A DNA stretch of 64,000 bases from NCBI GenBank assembly GCA_964016885.1, contig OZ024740.1, forward strand, positions 233,740,001 to 233,804,000. The letters run 5' to 3'. The stretch's first letter is position 1. Every line of letters starts with the position of its first letter. Below, in pieces: positions 58,861-64,000 of the stretch. Source of the stretch: Eledone cirrhosa (Eukaryota). The notes beneath the pieces were generated by a model, which did not search any database, was not told the origin of the DNA, and was given only the letters and a program-made list of their open reading frames with translations. Both the position numbers and the translations under genes were made by a program.

Positions 58861-59158
58861 TGCTTTGTTCAGGAGTATAGGTATATGTATATACCTTTTT
58901 CTTTGTATGTCTGAGTTGTGTGAGAGTGTAGTGGTGTTTGTATGTATATACGCATATATGGATGCGTATGTATTTGTATATATGCGTATATGTAAGTGCG
59001 TATGTGTGTGTGATTATATCTATGTCTATGTATGAGTATGTATGTGTGTGTATGTATGTGTGTGTATGTATGTATGTGTGTATGTGTGTATATATATGTG
59101 TGTATATGTATGTATGTATGTGTATGTATGTATGTATATGTGTATGTATATGTATATA

Positions 59159-59189
<31 letters not shown>

Positions 59190-59333
59190 TTATTATATAT
59201 GTGTGTGTATGTATGTGTGTGTATATATATCTTTATATATGTGTATGTGTATGTATGTGTAGGTGTGTGTGTGTGTGTGACTATATATGTATGTATGTAT
59301 ATGTGTATGTATGTATGTGTATGTGTGTGTACA

Positions 59334-59376
<43 letters not shown>

Positions 59377-59604
59377 GTATATGTATATGTATGTGTATAT
59401 GTATCTCTATTTATGTGTGTATATGTGTATATGTATATACCTTTTTCTTTGTATGTCTGAGTTGTGTGAGAGTGTAGTGGTGTTTGTATGTATATACGGA
59501 TATATGGATGCGTATGTATTTGTATATATGCGTATATGTAAGTGCGTATGTGTGTGTGAATATATATCTATGTCTATGTATGAATATGTATGTGTGTGTA
59601 TGTA

Positions 59605-59635
<31 letters not shown>

Positions 59636-59863
59636 CTGTATGTATATGTGTGTATATATATGTATGTATGTGTATGTCTGTATGTATATAAGTATGTATG
59701 TGTATGTATATGTGCGTGTATATATATATATGTGTGTGTATATATGTGTGTGTGTATATATGTGTATATATGTGTGTATATATATATATGTATGTGTGTA
59801 TATGTGTGTGTATATATATATGTATACGTTTATATATGTGTGTGTGTGTGTGTTGTATGTGTG

Positions 59864-59894
<31 letters not shown>

Positions 59895-60505
59895 TTTCTT
59901 GATATATTTCTTTTTTCTTTTTTCTTTTTCTTTTCTTTTCTTTTTATTTCTAAGTTTATAGATACATCTATAAATAAGCAGTCTGCCGAAACCGTTGAAT
60001 ACTGACCTCTCCCCCCCTCCCACCTAATTTCTGTATCTTGATCTAAATGTGTGTGGCAGTGTTTATGTGCGTGCATTAATATCCATATGCTTATGATAAT
60101 ACTATATCCACATATATATGTGTGTGGGGGTGTGTGTGTGTATGTATGTTCGTAATTATGTGTATGTTTATGCATATACGCGCGTGTGTGTGTGAGTGTA
60201 CGGATATGTGTGAGTATGTGAATATGTGTATACATTTATTTCATATTTATGTGTCTATACGCATTTTATCTGTGGATTATAAACTTACAGAGACATTAGC
60301 CTTGAATTTTTGTATTTGCATACATCTTTTTGGCATGTGTATGCATGTGAGCATATATCTTTGTATAAATATGTGTACGAAGTTAATTACATGTATATAC
60401 ACACACCAAACTGCATAAAATTTTTTGTATTTTCATTGGTCAATTTGAACTCCGTTCCCAAACGGACCTGAAATTTTGAATTGTTGTTATTATCAATAAA
60501 TATAT

Positions 60506-60660
60506 TTCATTATTTCTGAAGACGGCATATATGTGTGTTTGGTATGTATATTTAATCTTGATAGTTTGTATAATTTTGTATAATTTTGTACATAGATCTG
60601 TTGAATATGCATGCCAATTCTAACACATATATATCCTAGAAACGATCGTTAAATAATGAA
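60506..60660 (+). ncRNA. Type I hammerhead-like motif with 116-nt stem II region (inverted arm copy)
   Basis: Same motif as 53363-53517. Confidence 0.72.
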
Positions 60661-60714
60661 CTTTTTTTGTTTAATATAAGGAACTGTTTCATTGTTTTAT
60701 TCATTATTTTTTTA

Positions 60715-60782
<68 letters not shown>

Positions 60783-60784
<2 letters not shown>

Positions 60785-61530
60785 AAATTAAGATAAATCA
60801 AACTTAATTTTATCTAAATCAAAATTATGGGTGTCATGCCAGAAAGGCATGCGCCATATCACCCGCAAAATAAGCTCTAAGATTCTAACGAATAGGTCCA
60901 AGCATTTTATAATAACTAGAAATTGTTTAACATATAAATAAACATGAATAATCACAGGAGATAATTTTTACAAGTGTGTAAGTACACATAGCTAGGTAGG
61001 TAACTAAATAAAGTTAACCAGAACTTCAAAAAGGCATGACACCCATAATTTTGATTTAGATTAAATTCATTTTCATTTATCTTAATTTTGGATATAGATA
61101 TATAAATACGGCTCCTTAATTGTAGAGCTAACTCTGTTGAAAGGACTTGACTGCTGTTTCTAGTTGTCAATAACCCTATTCACGCCACTGGGACGAAGCT
61201 GGTATGATGTGTGTATTTCTAGTAGATACAGCACGTGTCGCTGGCCAGTCGCTGATTTGAACTTTATGCGTAAACATAGATCGCTGAAACGTCTTCCTTG
61301 TTGAAAATCCAAGTATCGGCATCCGTGGTTTACCATTCGATTAATTGGTGAAATATATTTCTTTAATGGAATATATATAGGGAAGATTAATCATATTATA
61401 AGGTATCTATTTTTGAAGTTCTGGTTAACTTTATTTAGTTACCTACCTAGCTGTGTGTGCTTACACACTTGTAAACATTATCTTCTGTGATTATTCATGT
61501 TTATTTATAGGTTAATCAATTTCTAGTTAT
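60783..61530. mobile_element. (TA)n-inserted element with permuted inverted arm (about 570-bp inferred monomer)
   Basis: 60783-60840 is the reverse complement of 61033-61090; 60913-61032 is the reverse complement of 61409-61530. Confidence 0.7.
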
Positions 61531-61552
61531 TATATATATATATATATATGTA

Positions 61553-62196
61553 TAAACGGAAAAAATGAAACGAAATGTCATTGCCCACTCTTAGTACGCC
61601 TGTTACTTAAATATAAGTATGTATACGTACATACATATATGTATACAGACGTACAGTAGTATGTATATATATATATACATACATGCACATATATATATAT
61701 GTACGTATGGATTCAGTAAACATTTATTATAATGCTCGGTGTGTTTGTAAACAAACATCCCGTATTAAGCCGTAGTGTCCAGCAACCACCGTTGCTCGTT
61801 TGTTCAACACTGACAAAGGAACGCTGTACTAGTTTCAAGCTTGTTAGCTATCGTCAGCAACGTATACCTTCCTGCCAGATAGTTGAACGTCCGAAAGTAT
61901 ATACTTTCCTTATGCATATTAACGGCTGAGTAGCCCAATTTGCATATCGAGTGGGTTAATCGGCCGGGTGCACTGAAAACGATAAACGGAAAAAATGAAA
62001 CGAAATTTCATTTCCCACTCTTAGTACGGCTGTTACTTAAATATAAGTATGTATACGTACATACATATATGTATACAGACGTACAGTAGTATATATATAC
62101 ATACACGCACACATATATATATGTACGTATGGATTCACCAAACATTTATTATAATGCTCGGTGTGTTTGTAAACAAACATCCCGTATTACACCGTT
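61553..62196 (-). mobile_element. Retrozyme-like family E copy: about 1.5 x 430-bp monomers, HHR at 61821-61863
   Basis: aaacggaaaaaatgaaacgaaat at about 61554 and 61984; acgttg-CTGACGA-t agct aaca agct t-GAAA-ctagt-a-cagcgt. Confidence 0.82.
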
Positions 62197-62369
62197 ATAT
62201 ATATATATATATATAACGTGCCACTGCACACTTTCTGTCTGCTAAATTTTACATTTCACTCAAATATCTGAAATATCACATAAAATTAAAACACTTCTAT
62301 GAAAAATAGAATGAAGGAAATAATTCTTTCTAACATTGGCACAAGTGTAGTAGAATGAAATAAATATAG

Positions 62370-62554
62370 TAATTGTTTCTACTTTTGGCACAAGGCCAGC
62401 AATTATAACAGTGTATTACTGGTACTTTATTTTATCGACCCCGTAAGGATGAAAGGCAAAGTTAACCTCGGCGGGATTTGAACGCAATCCGTAAAGGGAC
62501 GTAACTCTGCTGCAAAGCATGGCGTCCGACCCTCTACCGACACTGCCAATCCAC
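62370..62554 (-). mobile_element. SINE family B
   Basis: Family B match; accounts for the spurious C-terminus of ORF 62427-62795. Confidence 0.85.
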
Positions 62555-62581
62555 AAATATAATAATAAAGGATATTCTCAC

Positions 62582-62792
62582 CAACATCGTTAAAGCTATC
62601 ACACTGAGAGTAGTTTCCGGGGGTAGACTCAGCGTGAAGCGAGAATATACCTCCAATGATGTAGTCACCTGATTTATATAATGAATTAGATGTAAGTCTT
62701 GTCACTGGTTCAATTCTCAGCTTTGGTAACTGTTCAGCAGTTGTGATTATGATCAACATGGCAAGAGGTATGAAATATCTGCAGTTATCCAT
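62582..62792 (-). CDS. Class C GPCR first coding exon (signal peptide, start of VFT)
   Basis: MDNCRYFIPLAMLIIITTA...GDYIIGGIFSLH...C..FNDV g|gtgag. The eight exons join in phase to 2712 nt (903 aa plus stop). Confidence 0.9.
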
Positions 62793-62869
62793 CACTCATT
62801 TCAGTGCAGTTGCTTTTTAAACAATAGAAATAATAATGGTTTCTTTAAACATCAATAATAATAATTATA

Positions 62870-64000
62870 ATAATGTTTTTTCTTTATTAACCACACGGGT
62901 TGACATAAAGTATAACATTAAGGACAGCACAGGACGGTACAAATGGGTATTTCTGCGTGTAAAGAAAAAACAAAGGAAATGACAAAAAAGAAACAAAGTA
63001 AAATTCCCCAATAAGGGGGAGACATTCGAGGGACACTCGTGGAGAAAATCCATTAAAAAATGGTGATCCTGACCACAAGGGCAAGTGCCCTCTCCTGTTT
63101 TCCACCTCCAATTTACAGGCGCATACTCAGAGCAGGCCCATTCACTCGCGCCATGCTTGCCTCTCTCACCCATCTTTCACCACCGTGATTTTCCTTTACA
63201 AATGAAATTTGAAAAATTTAATCAGGGCATCACCAAAGAGGTAAGTGCTCGTCTTCAGTCCTTTCAAACGCGTCCACCACATGACCTCTTTTGCCATAGT
63301 CAAAAGGCAGATAAAAACTGCCTGCCCTTCCCGGTTAAAGGAAGGCGGCGGGGCAATCCTCACGATGGACTCAGTTAATAGCCGGATCCGTCCTACACGT
63401 GACAGCAGGTGTTCGACATAAACCCACAAGTCAGCAATGCTCGGACACTGGACAAGTACGTGAAGGACGGTTTCGTCGCCCTGCGCGCATCTCAAAGAGG
63501 CCTGGCTGACGGCACTTCCATGCCTGTAGAGTTTTTCCCGAGCTAGCAAATCTCCCCGGTAGCACTGCCAGGCCAAGGATTTCTGGAAGTTGCCTATGGG
63601 CCCCGGCCCGAAGGTTTTCTCGAAGAGATAGGCTAGTTGATTTTCGTCGACGCCCAGAGTCTCCCCACATAAGCTTACACATAGGGGACAATACAAAGAC
63701 AGGGACACTGGGAGTTGACAATGAAATCGTGTAAGAAATGTATATAAGGAATGACAATAAACAGTAAAAATCAAACAACGAAATTCCCCAGTAGGGAGAT
63801 AACCAGCCAAGGGACTATCACCAAACCTGAACCACCCGACATTTCCAGAGCACCCGATGAGGGCACCCTCTCCTCTCCAAATCAGCCTGCTTACAGGCGC
63901 ATGGTCAGAGTAGGCTCACTCACACGGGCCATTATCACCACATTCACCCACCTTTTAACAAATGTACTGAGAGGCAGCACTTCTGTCTCCACCCTTACCT
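62870..64000 (-). mobile_element. L1/Tx1-like LINE 3' fragments (two in tandem)
   Basis: zf-RVT-like RCAQGDETVLHVLVQC..LW; two C-termini, RWVREASMARVNGPALSMRL* and RWVNVVIMARVSEPTLTMRL*. Confidence 0.75.

Larger units (their letters stand above)
53166..60723 (-). mobile_element. Penelope-like retroelement, 5'-truncated, with about 1.85-kb inverted terminal copy, in (TA)n
   Basis: RT-GIY-YIG ORF remnant 58880-56992; 53300-55179 is inverted at 58881-60723; HHR in both arms. Confidence 0.92.

Overview
AT-rich, microsatellite-dense animal DNA; the SINE families and (TA)n density resemble an Octopus genome (inference). It contains two convergent spliced genes. On the + strand are the last three exons of a GATA4/5/6-type factor (9983-13779). 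On the - strand is a complete 8-exon, about 903-aa class C GPCR of CaSR/GPRC6A/T1R/mGluR type (62792-20882). The introns hold a CsRn1-type Gypsy element, an hAT remnant, RTE and L1/Tx1 LINE fragments, Helitron-like elements, tRNA-SINEs and Penelope-like elements (PLEs). The main hidden signal is about 20 type I hammerhead-ribozyme (HHR) motifs from about 9 sequence families. Some sit in PLE 3' ends; others sit in 430-530 bp non-coding tandem or circularly permuted monomers resembling retrozymes. Nearly all are inserted in (TA)n, and many have twin-priming-like inversions. Several HHRs are unusual: stem II of 50-116 nt, a CAGAAGA core, or U at position 17. The GPCR appears to have replaced its conserved VFT-CRD disulfide with a Lys/Glu pair. 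All folds, alignments and coordinates were read by eye; repeat boundaries are approximate.
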